Assembly (NCBI GenBank): GCA_016861265.1
Contig: BOLA01000001.1
Location: 203,569 to 267,568, forward strand
Reading direction: 5' to 3'
DNA length: 64,000 nt
DNA from: Patescibacteria group bacterium
GTDB taxonomy: Bacteria > Patescibacteriota > Dojkabacteria > J137
The notes under the pieces were generated by a model that did not search any database, was not told the origin of the DNA, and saw nothing but the letters and a program-made list of their open reading frames with translations. Of the stretch, positions 30,129 to 40,713 are shown one piece after another (the stretch's first letter is position 1; every line of letters begins with the position of its first letter). A program made the position numbers and the translations under genes.

Positions 30129-30581
30129 TTAAAGAGAAGCGTATTTATCAACAACTTTTTCTATCTCATTTATGTTTACTTCAGAATTGCCTATTACCTT
30201 TCCGTCTTGAACAAAAAGAACTACAGGTGCATACGAAGTAGACATGCTGTTAGCTAATTCACGATTAACTTCGATATCAGTTTCAATGAATTTAATATCT
30301 GAATATTTTTGTGCCGATAATTTGTATAAATTGGACATTGTCTGACAAGGTCCACACCAGCTTGAAGTAAAGAAGATGAAGTTTTTTCCAGATTCAATTT
30401 TATCTGCGATTTTACCTTCAAGTTTTTCGTAATTTGCTGGGATCTCTTTTACTACCGATGATGCAACAATATCTATTTTTAGAATTCCTGTTGCCAATGA
30501 TATTGCCACAATAAATAATCCTAACGCACTCACAATTGCAAAACTTTTTAGTGCAAACTTTCTTTTCTTTTTGGGTAACAT
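30129..30581 (-). CDS. Membrane-anchored thioredoxin
   Basis: WCGPC; N-terminal TM. Confidence 0.9.
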   Translation of the reverse strand: MLPKKKRKFALKSFAIVSALGLFIVAISLATGILKIDIVASSVVKEIPANYEKLEGKIADKIESGKNFIFFTSSWCGPCQTMSNLYKLSAQKYSDIKFIETDIEVNRELANSMSTSYAPVVLFVQDGKVIGNSEVNINEIEKVVDKYASL

Positions 30582-30636
30582 TATAAATTTCTAAAATCTG
30601 GTGACATTTATTAGTATACCAGCATCAAGGTAAATA

Positions 30637-31896
30637 TCAAGATTTTTTGTAGAAAGTTGAGAAGAATTCTTTGAATGAAATTCTCTTGCTATACTCCAAT
30701 GCTCCGTACTCAAAGAGCTTAAAGGCAATTATTACAAAAACAATACAATATAACAACAAAGTAACAACTCCTAGAATAATCTCCGGCAATGTTAAAGCAC
30801 CTAGGGCGTTTCTGAATAGAAGCACAAAACTAGCAGTAAATGGAATAAAGCTAAATATTCTTGCAAGATCTCCAGATGGATCCGAAAGAATTATAGTAAT
30901 AAAGTAAATTGGAAATATAGATAAGATTACAAATATTGACGACATACTCTGAGCCTCTTTATATGTTGGACTAGCTGCTCCAACACCTACCATTGTGCAT
31001 GCTAGTATAAAGAAACCAGCGAATGTAAATACAACTCCCAATACAATCTGTCCTATTAACTGACCTAGAGTAATATTCAATGTTCCTAGAGTTGCTCCTA
31101 TGTTGGCAAATGCAGAGCCTTGTCCCCCGAGTAGGGTTGAGGTGGCCGCTAACCCAAGTAATGACAATACAGTCAGTAATAGTACTTGTGTAAATATTAC
31201 ACCTATTAAACCTATAATTTTGCCTAATATTAAATCTCGTGAAGAAATTGATGATAGTACAATCTCCATAACTCTATTTTCTTTTTCCTCGGAAACACTG
31301 AGTAACAAATAGTTAACGGCAAATGTGGTTAGCGTAAAGTAAATAACCAACGAAATTCCAGGAACAAGTAAATCGGATAAACTAAAGTTTGTTTCCTTTC
31401 CTTCTTTGTAGGTTTTAACCTGAAATTCCAGTTCTGAATTGTAGACAGAAATTTTATTAGGATCGCCGAGGTCGGCCAAGATGCTTTGCTTTAATAAATC
31501 CGTAGCTAACTTGTTATAAGATTCGTTAAGGAGTATTCCCTTATCCTGCGAATATATTTGAACACTCTTAGTCGAAACAATATCTGCAGGATAAAAAATT
31601 AATGCATCTGCAGTACCGTTTATAACTTCCGAGATACCTAATTCTAGATCTGTGGCCCTAACTATTTTCTCCGAATATACTTCGGGCTTTATATAATTTG
31701 TACTATCTATTATTAGAACCTTATTTGCATTTGCAGCTTCGTCCTTCAATTTTTCTTCAAGTTGCATTGAAGAATAGCCCGAAATAAAAGACACGACTAC
31801 AATAAATATAGGTAGAAATAATGTAGAAAGCCAAAACGATGGTTTTCTTACAACTTTTATATATTCTCGTTTTGCTACTATTAAACTTTTTTTCAT
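30637..31896 (-). CDS. ABC-2 exporter permease (NatB/YhaP-like)
   Basis: VAKREY, SVSEEKENRVMEIVLSS, GKIIG. Confidence 0.9.
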   Translation of the reverse strand: MKKSLIVAKREYIKVVRKPSFWLSTLFLPIFIVVVSFISGYSSMQLEEKLKDEAANANKVLIIDSTNYIKPEVYSEKIVRATDLELGISEVINGTADALIFYPADIVSTKSVQIYSQDKGILLNESYNKLATDLLKQSILADLGDPNKISVYNSELEFQVKTYKEGKETNFSLSDLLVPGISLVIYFTLTTFAVNYLLLSVSEEKENRVMEIVLSSISSRDLILGKIIGLIGVIFTQVLLLTVLSLLGLAATSTLLGGQGSAFANIGATLGTLNITLGQLIGQIVLGVVFTFAGFFILACTMVGVGAASPTYKEAQSMSSIFVILSIFPIYFITIILSDPSGDLARIFSFIPFTASFVLLFRNALGALTLPEIILGVVTLLLYCIVFVIIAFKLFEYGALEYSKRISFKEFFSTFYKKS

Positions 31897-32786
31897 TTGT
31901 TGTTCATAACTTTAATGAATATATCGTTTAACGAAGGAACATTTTCTTCGAGTCTATTTATTCTTATATTATCCGCCAAGTACTTGATTACTTCTTTTTG
32001 AGTCTTGCCGTTTTTAATAAATAATGTTGCCACGTTCTTATTAATTTTTGCAGAAAATAATTCATTCTCTTCTGGTAACTTACCTTCGAAACTAATATGT
32101 ATTGAATTATCAGAATATTTTTCTTTAACTTCAGATAAGTTTCCATATAAGGCAGCTCTACCATCTTTAATCATTAATAATCTGTCAGCAATTTTTTCGA
32201 CTTCTTCCATTTGATGGGTACTGAAGATAATAGTTGAACCAGAATTATTCAAGTCCATTAAAATTGATAGAAGCAATTCTCTATTCACTGGATCTAAACC
32301 TTTTGTAGGCTCATCTAAAATTAGAAGTTTTGGATTATTCATAACAGTTATTCCTAATTGAATTTTTTGCTGCTGTCCTGATGATAGTTTCTTTAACTCT
32401 GATTTTTCTTTATCTTCAAGATCAACCTTTGCCAAGTATTTTTTAGCATTATCTGTGGCCTCAACCTTTGTTAAACCCTTTAGTTGTCCAAAGTATACAA
32501 GTGTTTCTAAAACTCTGGAGGTTAGATACAGACCTCTTTCTTCGGGCAAGTAACCCAGATAAGCTGCCATTTCTGAACTATATACTTTGCCGTTAATTAG
32601 CAACTCTCCTTTATCGGCTTGATAAATATTGAGTAACGTTCTTATCGTTGTAGTTTTTCCACTTCCGTTAGCCCCTAGAAAGGCGAAGATTTCACCTTCA
32701 AATACTTCAAAATTTAAATCATCAATAACTTTCCTGTTACCAAAAGATTTACTAAAATTTTTAACAGAAATAACAGATTTACTCAT
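31893..32786 (-). CDS. ABC transporter ATP-binding protein (NatA/YhaQ-like)
   Basis: GANGSGKTT, YLPEERGLY, LSSGQQQ, LDEP. Confidence 0.95.
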   Translation of the reverse strand: MSKSVISVKNFSKSFGNRKVIDDLNFEVFEGEIFAFLGANGSGKTTTIRTLLNIYQADKGELLINGKVYSSEMAAYLGYLPEERGLYLTSRVLETLVYFGQLKGLTKVEATDNAKKYLAKVDLEDKEKSELKKLSSGQQQKIQLGITVMNNPKLLILDEPTKGLDPVNRELLLSILMDLNNSGSTIIFSTHQMEEVEKIADRLLMIKDGRAALYGNLSEVKEKYSDNSIHISFEGKLPEENELFSAKINKNVATLFIKNGKTQKEVIKYLADNIRINRLEENVPSLNDIFIKVMNNK

Positions 32787-32825
32787 AATTAGATTTTAGC
32801 TCTACTAAACAGAAGGGGCAAGATA

Positions 32826-33267
32826 TTAAAGATTTGGTGTCTTTACCACGAAAAATTCATAATTCTTATCTTGTGTTGAATCTACTGTTTTTAATTCTCC
32901 AAAGCCGGAATCGGAAATATATTCTTTAGCATTAATTGTAACCGAGTATACTGCTTTGGGTATATAAAATTTCGCAACTCCTGAACTATTAGTTTTACCA
33001 ATTGCTACAAGTGCTCTATTGCTATCTCTCAATTCAACAAATGCATTGTTTATGCCCGAACCAGATACCTTATCGATAATTTTTATCTTTATAAGCGGTT
33101 GTTCCATAAATTACTCCTTCATAGGACTCATAGAAGTTAAAATATGGCGGAGTAGTTTCGTCTGCTCGTAGACTAATAAAAACTATTGAAGCTACAAGAA
33201 AAAATAGAATAACCGAAACTATTTTTAAAGAAATTCTATTAATTTTTGAAGAAACTAATAAACCCAT
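32826..33267 (-). pseudogene. Exported protein with a carboxypeptidase-regulatory-like beta domain, split into two overlapping ORFs
   Basis: 33070-33267 carries a TM; 32826-33107 carries IIDKVSGSGINNAFVEL..TNSSG; frames offset by +1. Confidence 0.5.
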
Positions 33268-33362
33268 TTACACAATATAGTGAAATTTATTTAACATATC
33301 AATAAATTTATGTGTGTGCATAACTATGCTATATTAAAGAAAATAAATTTTAATAATTATTT

Positions 33363-33920
33363 ATGAAATTAATATTTGCAACATCTAATCAAAATAAAAT
33401 AAATGAAGTAAGCAGAATTCTTGGAAATAATCTTGAGATCGAAGGAACATCTTTAGAGATTGATGAAATTCAATCTATTGATCCCGTAAAAGTTGCAGAA
33501 GCAAAAGCAAAGGCATACTTTAATCAATTAAAGACACCATTAATTGTTGAGGATACATCTTTAAGTTTTAATGGTCTCAACGGCTTACCAGGTCCATACA
33601 TTAACGATTTTTCCAAAGCTCTAAGTAACAAAGGATTAATTGATCTTCTTTCAAGCACTGATAACAGACGAGCCGTAGCTCAAGTTACTTTCTGTTTGAT
33701 AGTTGATGAAAATAATATTCATACGTTTGAAGGAAAAGTTGAAGGAACTATTGCTAATCAGGAAAAAGGCACTAATGGTTTTGGTTGGGACCCAATATTT
33801 ATTCCGCTAGGACAGGAAAAAACATTTGCAGAAATGCAGGATTCAGAAAAAGACAACTACTCAATGCGGGCTAAAGCGTTATCTTTGTTGCAGCAGTATA
33901 TAAGCGCAAATCCGTTCTAA
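33363..33920 (+). CDS. rdgB: Non-canonical purine NTP pyrophosphatase (Ham1 family)
   Basis: ATSNQNK, VEDTSL, GLPGPY, GFGWDPIF, SMR. Confidence 0.93.
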   Translation: MKLIFATSNQNKINEVSRILGNNLEIEGTSLEIDEIQSIDPVKVAEAKAKAYFNQLKTPLIVEDTSLSFNGLNGLPGPYINDFSKALSNKGLIDLLSSTDNRRAVAQVTFCLIVDENNIHTFEGKVEGTIANQEKGTNGFGWDPIFIPLGQEKTFAEMQDSEKDNYSMRAKALSLLQQYISANPF

Positions 33921-33921
33921 C

Positions 33922-33944
33922 AAAAACCCTCCTTTCGGAGGGTT
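33922..33944. terminator. Terminator between convergent genes
   Basis: AAAAACCCTCC-TTTC-GGAGGGTT. Confidence 0.85.
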
Positions 33945-33947
33945 AAT

Positions 33948-34739
33948 CTACTCTATTCCAAAAATAACATTCAAATTTATCGATAACTCTAATTCTCCAG
34001 TTGATAGGCTGGTTGACTTAACACTATCAAATGATGCGCCTTCAGCATTATATGTAACAGGAGCCACTACACCAGTATTTACTGAGTAATCTGTAATACT
34101 AACGGGCTTAAGTAGTCTCACACCGGACAACCTGGATAATTCATCGGCCTTTTGTTTTGCTTTATTGTAGGCAAGTTCCCTCGCTTGATTGTATGCTTCT
34201 TCTTTGTTCTCGAGATCAAAACTAATAGATCCCATCTGAACTTTTTCAACAACAGAAACTTCGTCTATAATTTTTGTGGCCTTGGACGCCTTCTCATCTA
34301 ACCCCTTAATTTTTACAGTAACACCAATACTTGCTCTCTGACCTTTTATTTTACTACCTCCATTTACTGAATAGTCGTACTCAGGATAAATATTAAACTG
34401 TGATGTTTGAATATCTTTATCTTCTATACTATTTGCTCTAAGTATCCCTAGAACTTGGTTCATACGTTCGTTGACTTGTTGCAGAGCGATTGCAGAAGTA
34501 TCTGCAATTTCACTTACTGCGAATGTAATGGTTGCCATATCCGGAGTAACACTTACTCGCCCATCACCTGCAACTGTTATTGTATTTACTATTGCGCCAT
34601 TCTGTTCAACCGAAGTCCCCATATTACGGATATAAATAGGAGTGTTTAACAGTATTACTGCTAAAGCTACTACAGTTAAAACTGCAGCAAAAATTCCAAA
34701 GACAGCTATCAACTGACTTTTGGTTAACGACTGATTCAT
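33948..34739 (-). CDS. SIMPL/DUF541 domain protein
   Basis: TITVAGDGRVSVTPDMA, DIQTS, ARELAYNKAKQKA. Confidence 0.92.
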   Translation of the reverse strand: MNQSLTKSQLIAVFGIFAAVLTVVALAVILLNTPIYIRNMGTSVEQNGAIVNTITVAGDGRVSVTPDMATITFAVSEIADTSAIALQQVNERMNQVLGILRANSIEDKDIQTSQFNIYPEYDYSVNGGSKIKGQRASIGVTVKIKGLDEKASKATKIIDEVSVVEKVQMGSISFDLENKEEAYNQARELAYNKAKQKADELSRLSGVRLLKPVSITDYSVNTGVVAPVTYNAEGASFDSVKSTSLSTGELELSINLNVIFGIE

Positions 34740-34756
34740 TTAATTAATAATAAAAA

Positions 34757-35440
34757 TTAATTCAACGCCGATTTTGCAATTTGATCTGCTTCATCCAGTA
34801 AGTCTACATCACCTGTTTCGATTGTTGCTGTACTTGCGCCGTCGGTTCCAAAACCTGGAAAGAACGAACCTACACATACCGAAAAGCTTGCAACTTCTTC
34901 TACAGTGAAGAATGGTTCACCTAAGTCTGAACAGTCAACACTAGATACATATCGCCAATTATTCTCTCCTTTTTCGGAATATCTTACCAAGTTAGTTCCC
35001 GAAATCTCCTTCCAGTCATGAGTCGATGCTTTTAAACCGTTAGGGAACCCATCCACTCCACCTAAAATTCTTGTGAATTTTAATGCCACACCGCTTTTTC
35101 TTAACGTATATTCATATTTAGATATTACCTTTCCATACTCGGGCTCATAGGCAAAGTCAGTACTCAATTTTGTATTTAACACGCCTACCCATGTGTTAGG
35201 GTATCTAATTTCGATTGATTGACCGTCATCTTTAAAGGTACTATCCGTGGAAGTTGTTGTTGGGACTTCAGGACAGGTTGGTGCTTCTTCAGCTACATTT
35301 GCCATACATGCAGACAGCTCTACATTCTTGATTTTTATTTCGTTCTGAGAGTTCATGTATAGTACTGCAAAGGTCGTTGTGGAAATTATCCCCGCCAAAA
35401 ATAAAATTCCTATACAACCTAATATAAGTATTCGCTTCAT
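34757..35440 (-). CDS. Membrane-anchored hypothetical protein
   Basis: N-terminal TM; FKD..IEIRYPNTW (PsbP-like start). Confidence 0.7.
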   Translation of the reverse strand: MKRILILGCIGILFLAGIISTTTFAVLYMNSQNEIKIKNVELSACMANVAEEAPTCPEVPTTTSTDSTFKDDGQSIEIRYPNTWVGVLNTKLSTDFAYEPEYGKVISKYEYTLRKSGVALKFTRILGGVDGFPNGLKASTHDWKEISGTNLVRYSEKGENNWRYVSSVDCSDLGEPFFTVEEVASFSVCVGSFFPGFGTDGASTATIETGDVDLLDEADQIAKSALN

Positions 35441-35505
35441 AATAAGACGTAAAAATTTAATCTTAATAGAAGTTTATGCGAAAGTTTGGGTAAAGTCCAA
35501 GGAAT

Positions 35506-36183
35506 TTAGTTTGAAGACACAGTCTGAAGTTCGTAGCTGCCTGGATTTATTATTCCAAATTTATTCAAAGGCCAGAGTCGGAAAATTACCTTACCTTGCA
35601 ACCACTCACGCTTTATAAAACCAATGTATCTGGAATCATTGCTTACTGCTCTATTATCCCCCATTACAAAGAATACATCTTGGTCTATTATTTTGTACCC
35701 ATTTACATCGGTCTCTTCCATTTGAACCTTATATTCTTGTCCTTCTTTTAAATTACCTGACTTTGTAAAAGTATTGTCTGGCAAATAATCTTCTACAAGA
35801 AGTTGCCCGTTAACGTATATTCTACCCTTTTCAATTTTAATTGTATCTCCTGGTAATCCGATTATTCTTTTTATCAAGGAACTACCCATGGTAGGCTTAA
35901 AGAAGACAATAACATCTCCTCTGTTATAGCCTAGGCCAAGTGACTTACCAATATCTGATTTGCTGAACCATTGCGGTAATCTATTTGTATACACTCTTTC
36001 GGTATTGTAAAACGTTGGCTCCATTGATGGTCCGTCTACCTCGCTAGGGGTTACAATGCTAAAAATTATAAATGAAAAAATAATAGCCAAAGTAACTGAT
36101 TGCAAGAAATCAATTAAGGCAGATTTTTCCTTTTTTTCACTGAATTCAGATTCAGCCTTATTTCCTTTGAATGGATTCTTCAT
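35506..36183 (-). CDS. lepB: Signal peptidase I (copy 2)
   Basis: GPSMEPT, IKRIIGLPGD, MGDNRAVSNDSR. Confidence 0.95.
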   Translation of the reverse strand: MKNPFKGNKAESEFSEKKEKSALIDFLQSVTLAIIFSFIIFSIVTPSEVDGPSMEPTFYNTERVYTNRLPQWFSKSDIGKSLGLGYNRGDVIVFFKPTMGSSLIKRIIGLPGDTIKIEKGRIYVNGQLLVEDYLPDNTFTKSGNLKEGQEYKVQMEETDVNGYKIIDQDVFFVMGDNRAVSNDSRYIGFIKREWLQGKVIFRLWPLNKFGIINPGSYELQTVSSN

Positions 36184-36800
36184 TATTGATTATAGTTTAT
36201 TGTACCTGTCGGAATTAATCCGAATGTATCGAGTGGAAAGACTCTCAAGAAGACTTTACCCTTTAACCAGTCATTTCTAATAAAACCTAGGTATCTGGAA
36301 TCGTAACTCACAGGTCTATTGTCCCCCATCACAAAAACCGCACCTGGTGGGACTATCTGTGCTTCTCCTCCATCTTCTAAAAAATCACCTCCTTTAGTAT
36401 ACAATGCTGGAGGTAAATAGTCTTCAGAAATTAGTTGATCATTTAAGTAGACCTGACCGTCTCGGATTGCGATTTTATCTCCTGGCAAGGCAACTATTCT
36501 TTTAATAAATGCCGGGTAGTTTGGGATTTGCAGAACTACAACATCGCCTCTGTGGTATTCAAATCCGGTTGTTTTACCTATAGGAGTACCATTAAGCCAT
36601 TGAACCACTCTATTTGCGAAGTAAATTTGCTTAGTATAAAAATTAGGTTCCATCGATGGACCATCGACCTCGTTTGGGGAAATCACGAATAGATATAGAA
36701 TTATCCCAATCGATGTAAGTATTACCAATGATTGTAGTATTATAATAAACCAATTTTTTGGCTTTGGAGCAGGTTTTTCAAAGAAAGGATTTCCTTCCAT
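36183..36800 (-). CDS. lepB: Signal peptidase I (copy 1)
   Basis: GPSMEPN, IKRIVALPGD, MGDNRPVSYDSR. Confidence 0.95.
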   Translation of the reverse strand: MEGNPFFEKPAPKPKNWFIIILQSLVILTSIGIILYLFVISPNEVDGPSMEPNFYTKQIYFANRVVQWLNGTPIGKTTGFEYHRGDVVVLQIPNYPAFIKRIVALPGDKIAIRDGQVYLNDQLISEDYLPPALYTKGGDFLEDGGEAQIVPPGAVFVMGDNRPVSYDSRYLGFIRNDWLKGKVFLRVFPLDTFGLIPTGTINYNQ

Positions 36801-36898
36801 TTAATAGTAGTTAAAAGTGCTAATCTACTAACAATATCATAAAGATTTTTACAATTCTACACAACATTACTGGACTTGTGTGAATTTAAAGTAAACAT

Positions 36899-36921
36899 AA
36901 AGGCACCCTTCGGGTGCCTTT
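36899..36921 (-). terminator. Terminator after the FKBP gene
   Basis: AAAGGCACCC-TTC-GGGTGCCTTT. Confidence 0.75.
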
Positions 36922-36938
36922 AAAAATTTAAAGAAATC

Positions 36939-37394
36939 TTAGTTCTTGAATTCTAGTAATTCGATTTCAAAGTATAAATCTGAATTTGCTGGAATTGAAC
37001 CATAATCTTGTGAGCCATATCCTAATGTTGGAGGTACAGAAAGCTTTCTAACCTCTCCTACCTTCATACCTAATACGCCTTGACTCCAACCTTCAATCAC
37101 TCCCTGACCAACTGTAAATTCAAATGGGGTTCCTCTATCTCTAGAGCTGTCAAATTTAGAGCCATCTGCAAATGTACCCACATAATGTACACTAATCTTA
37201 TCACCTGTCTGAACCTGTCTATCCCCTGTACCCTGAGTTACTGTTTCTGACTTTAGTTCACTTAGATTAGATGTGGATGTAGTTGTTGTATCGTTTTGAA
37301 TTCTTGAATTTTCCACTGGTTTTCCTGTAAAAAATAATATACCAACTAAAAATACTATTACTATTAATGCTGCGACAATTGATTTATTTTCCAT
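36939..37394 (-). CDS. Membrane-anchored FKBP-type peptidyl-prolyl isomerase
   Basis: [39 protein letters not shown]. Confidence 0.96.
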   Translation of the reverse strand: MENKSIVAALIVIVFLVGILFFTGKPVENSRIQNDTTTTSTSNLSELKSETVTQGTGDRQVQTGDKISVHYVGTFADGSKFDSSRDRGTPFEFTVGQGVIEGWSQGVLGMKVGEVRKLSVPPTLGYGSQDYGSIPANSDLYFEIELLEFKN

Positions 37395-37426
37395 AAAAAT
37401 ATTCTTAAAATAGTCAAAATATAATA

Positions 37427-37526
37427 ATTTGAAAGTTCGATTTGGGCAAGAGGAATTTTAGTAGAGCTAGAATACTGCCGCGCACAGCTATAGAGCAGAT
37501 ATATATTTAACCCAGACTTTTCAAAT
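37427..37526 (+). ncRNA. Candidate structured RNA, unassigned
   Basis: ATTTGAAAG/TTTTCAAAT and TTTGGG/CCCAGA close a 100-nt element; TATAAT at 37420. Confidence 0.35.
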
Positions 37527-37601
37527 CTCAAAGTATAAATCTGTATTAGAAAACCTTTGATTTCTGTGGTAAAATTCCAAGTCATTTTTAAAAGAAGAAT
37601 T

Positions 37602-39500
37602 ATGTATATAAAGCCCGAACAATCAAAGATAAGAAACATTGCAATAATCGCTCACGTTGACCATGGAAAGACAACCCTTGTAGATGCTTTTCTTAAACAA
37701 ACACATGTTTTTAGAGATAATCAGGAAGAAATGGGACAGGAAATGATCCTTGATTCTGGTGATCTTGAAAGAGAAAAAGGCATTACTATTAAGGCAAAAA
37801 ATATATCAATCAGGTATAGAGGCTATAAAATTAATATTATCGATACTCCTGGTCACGCTGATTTTGGAGGTGAAGTTGAAAGAACACTTAACATGGCGGA
37901 TGGATGCCTACTTTTAGTAGATGCCCAGGAAGGCCCAAAACCTCAAACTAAATTTGTGCTTAAAAAGGCCCTAGAAATGGGTTTAAAGCCAATGGTTGTA
38001 ATTAATAAAATTGACAAGAAATTTAGCGACCCTCAAAAGGTTTTAGACAAGGTTCAAGATTTATTCCTACTTTTAGCTACTGAAGACAGCCAGCTGGAAT
38101 TTCCAGTATTCTATGCAATAGGAAGAGAGGGAAAAGTATTTACCCAATTACCCGAAGGCGACCTTACCGTGGCAAATTCAATAGAAGGAGACATGACTCC
38201 AATTCTTGACGCAATCGTAAACGATTTCCCGGCACCACAAGGTGACGAAAAGGAGCCTTTACAGATGCTTGTTACCAGTTTAGATTACGACCAACATTTG
38301 GGCCGACTGCTAGTAGGCAAAATAAAAAGAGGAACTGTAAAAATTGACGATTCAATTGTGATTCTTCACAACGATACTGCAGAATCCGGAAAAGACACAG
38401 GGAAGATAAAAGGAATAAAGGTAAAGGAAGGTTTAAGTTACGAGGATGTACAAACTGCATCTGCCGGTGAAATTGTTGCAATATCTGGTATCGAGTCAAC
38501 GGCAATAGGAGGAACGCTATGTATATCTAGTCACGTAGAAAGCTTGCCTACTATAAAGATTACTAATCCTTCAGTTCAAATTAAATTCGAAGCCAATACC
38601 TCTCCATTTATGGGTAAGGAAGGTAAATTTGTAACTGCTAAACAATTACAAACAAGAATAGAAAAGGAAGCCGAATTGAATATTTCCCTAAAAATTACGA
38701 AAGGCGATGCGGGAAGTTACTATGTTGCAGGAAGAGGTGAACTACAGCTTGCAATTTTAATAGAAACAATGAGACGAGAAGGTTATGAATTTCAAATTAG
38801 AAAACCTGAAGTGGTTTTTGCTGAAAAAGATGGTGTAAAACAAGAGCCTTTAGAAGAAGTTATAATTGAAGTTCCAGACACATATCAAGGAACAGTACAA
38901 TCCGCACTTAGCGAAAGAAAAGCTGAGCTACAAGATATGGAAGTTGAAAATGGGCAGGTTAAATTCACTTACAAGATTCTAACCAGAAAATTGCTTGGTT
39001 TAAGAAATCAATTATTAACAGCTACCAAAGGTAATATTGTAATGAATAACTATCTTGTTGATTATGTTCCTGTTACTACTATTGAACCAAACTATAGAAG
39101 AGGAGTTTTAATCTCTATGGAAACAGGTACAGCAATGGGATATTCATTAAATACAATTCAAGAAAGAGGTGACTTGTTTATAGAACCCGGAACAAAAGTC
39201 TACGAAGGTATGATTATTGGTCTAAATAAATTTGATTTAGATCTAGAAGTTAACCCTGTTAAGGAGAGACAAAAGTCAGCCGTTAGAATGAAGCACGATG
39301 AAATAACCCAGACTGTACTAAAAGCTATAAAACCCGTTACATTAGAATATGCCTTATTATTCTTAAATGACGATGAATTACTTGAAGTAACTCCAGAAAA
39401 TTTAAGATTGAGAAAACAATATCTTACTAAGACTCAAAGAGATTGGTCAAAAAGAAAGAACCTAAACGACGTTGCAAAACGAGAAATGGGTTTAATATAA
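37602..39500 (+). CDS. typA: Translational GTPase TypA/BipA
   Basis: AHVDHGKTT, EREKGITI, DTPGHADFGGEVER, GRGELQLAILIETMRREG; ATG 37602 preferred. Confidence 0.97.
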   Translation: MYIKPEQSKIRNIAIIAHVDHGKTTLVDAFLKQTHVFRDNQEEMGQEMILDSGDLEREKGITIKAKNISIRYRGYKINIIDTPGHADFGGEVERTLNMADGCLLLVDAQEGPKPQTKFVLKKALEMGLKPMVVINKIDKKFSDPQKVLDKVQDLFLLLATEDSQLEFPVFYAIGREGKVFTQLPEGDLTVANSIEGDMTPILDAIVNDFPAPQGDEKEPLQMLVTSLDYDQHLGRLLVGKIKRGTVKIDDSIVILHNDTAESGKDTGKIKGIKVKEGLSYEDVQTASAGEIVAISGIESTAIGGTLCISSHVESLPTIKITNPSVQIKFEANTSPFMGKEGKFVTAKQLQTRIEKEAELNISLKITKGDAGSYYVAGRGELQLAILIETMRREGYEFQIRKPEVVFAEKDGVKQEPLEEVIIEVPDTYQGTVQSALSERKAELQDMEVENGQVKFTYKILTRKLLGLRNQLLTATKGNIVMNNYLVDYVPVTTIEPNYRRGVLISMETGTAMGYSLNTIQERGDLFIEPGTKVYEGMIIGLNKFDLDLEVNPVKERQKSAVRMKHDEITQTVLKAIKPVTLEYALLFLNDDELLEVTPENLRLRKQYLTKTQRDWSKRKNLNDVAKREMGLI

Positions 39501-39522
39501 AAATAAAATTATAATAGTGTTC

Positions 39523-39560
39523 AAAGGGCTCCAGCCGTAGGCTGGAGCTCTTTATTTATT
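39523..39560 (+). terminator. typA terminator
   Basis: AAAGGGCTCCAGCC-GTA-GGCTGGAGCTCTTT, then T-rich. Confidence 0.88.
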
Positions 39561-39650
39561 GCAATATTAAACAATAATAACTTATAGTAAAAATCTTCTT
39601 TTTTTGTATAAATTTAGGAATATAATCAATTTATTCCTACTTTTTATAGC

Positions 39651-40229
39651 GTGGTTATGGCTAATATTGCTCCAGAACTGGAAATGCAATCACCTTTATC
39701 AGAAGATTTAGATCAGATAAGCCCGGAAACCTTAGTACAAATGCTTACTAACTTTGACGATACAACTCTAGGTGCAACACTTACTCCATTGGCAGGTAGA
39801 TTAGCCGAGAGTCCCGAGATAGCAGCACAATTTATAGATAGTATTATCAAAGAGGCCATAAATTTAGGCATAGATTTATCTCCAACACTCGGTGTGCTAT
39901 TGGAACAAAGACTAATGCAAGTAAAGCTGCCTAATAACAGCATTGAGGAAATTTTAAACGAATTAGCACAAAATCAAGACGATTTAATCCAATTCTTCAA
40001 ACAACTTGATGTAGAGGTTCAAAGACAAATGGGTGCGTTGTATATATACCTGCAAATTAATAGAGGCATTAGCGTAGATGATTACTTTCAGATTGCAAAA
40101 AAACTTAACCTACCCAAATTGCCTAGACAATTATGGGATGTTAGGCGATTTGGAGTATCAAATATGGGAAAAATGAATAGTGAGGTTCCAGCTAATTTAG
40201 ATTACACACCAGACATTCGCGAGGCTTAA
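39651..40229 (+). CDS. Hypothetical protein (orphan)
   Basis: Helical acidic ORF; start may be ATG 39657. Confidence 0.7.
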   Translation: MVMANIAPELEMQSPLSEDLDQISPETLVQMLTNFDDTTLGATLTPLAGRLAESPEIAAQFIDSIIKEAINLGIDLSPTLGVLLEQRLMQVKLPNNSIEEILNELAQNQDDLIQFFKQLDVEVQRQMGALYIYLQINRGISVDDYFQIAKKLNLPKLPRQLWDVRRFGVSNMGKMNSEVPANLDYTPDIREA

Positions 40230-40281
40230 TTGTCAATTTTAGAATTTACTAATATACTTTAATAGCTATTAGTAAATTCTA

Positions 40282-40713
40282 ATGTTTAAGAATGGAGTCA
40301 GTAAAGACTACCAAACGACAGAAGAATCGGTAATTAGTTTTATAGTTACCCGCTTTAGCGACCCCGAACCCAACTTTCCTCTTAGCAGAAACGTAATTCT
40401 TAATATATTTAATAAAGAATTTTTATATAAACTAATTGCATATTCGCTTGAAATTGCTGAAGGTTACAGACCTAGTAAAGAGTCAATATTAGAAGTATTA
40501 GACAAATGGTCTGTACCGATAATGTCTATTTACTATTTGCTTGGAATGATTGCTAGTTATAAAAAAGGCTTAAGAGTTGAGCTAACTGATATAGAAAAAT
40601 TTAACTTAGGCTATGACTATATTCCAACCTATTTTAAATCTGAAGAATACAGGCACTTAGAATTAATAAAGAGTTGCTTAACACGGCTTACCAATTATTT
40701 ATTTGAATTATAA
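40282..40713 (+). CDS. Hypothetical protein
   Basis: 143-aa ORF; no motif. Confidence 0.65.
   Translation: MFKNGVSKDYQTTEESVISFIVTRFSDPEPNFPLSRNVILNIFNKEFLYKLIAYSLEIAEGYRPSKESILEVLDKWSVPIMSIYYLLGMIASYKKGLRVELTDIEKFNLGYDYIPTYFKSEEYRHLELIKSCLTRLTNYLFEL

Noticed and set aside
37364-37639. 91-aa minus-strand ORF; SRP RNA identity for the 37427-37526 element
   Set aside because: The ORF overlaps two real genes; the element lacks the SRP helix-8 GNRA arrangement despite an AGCAG.
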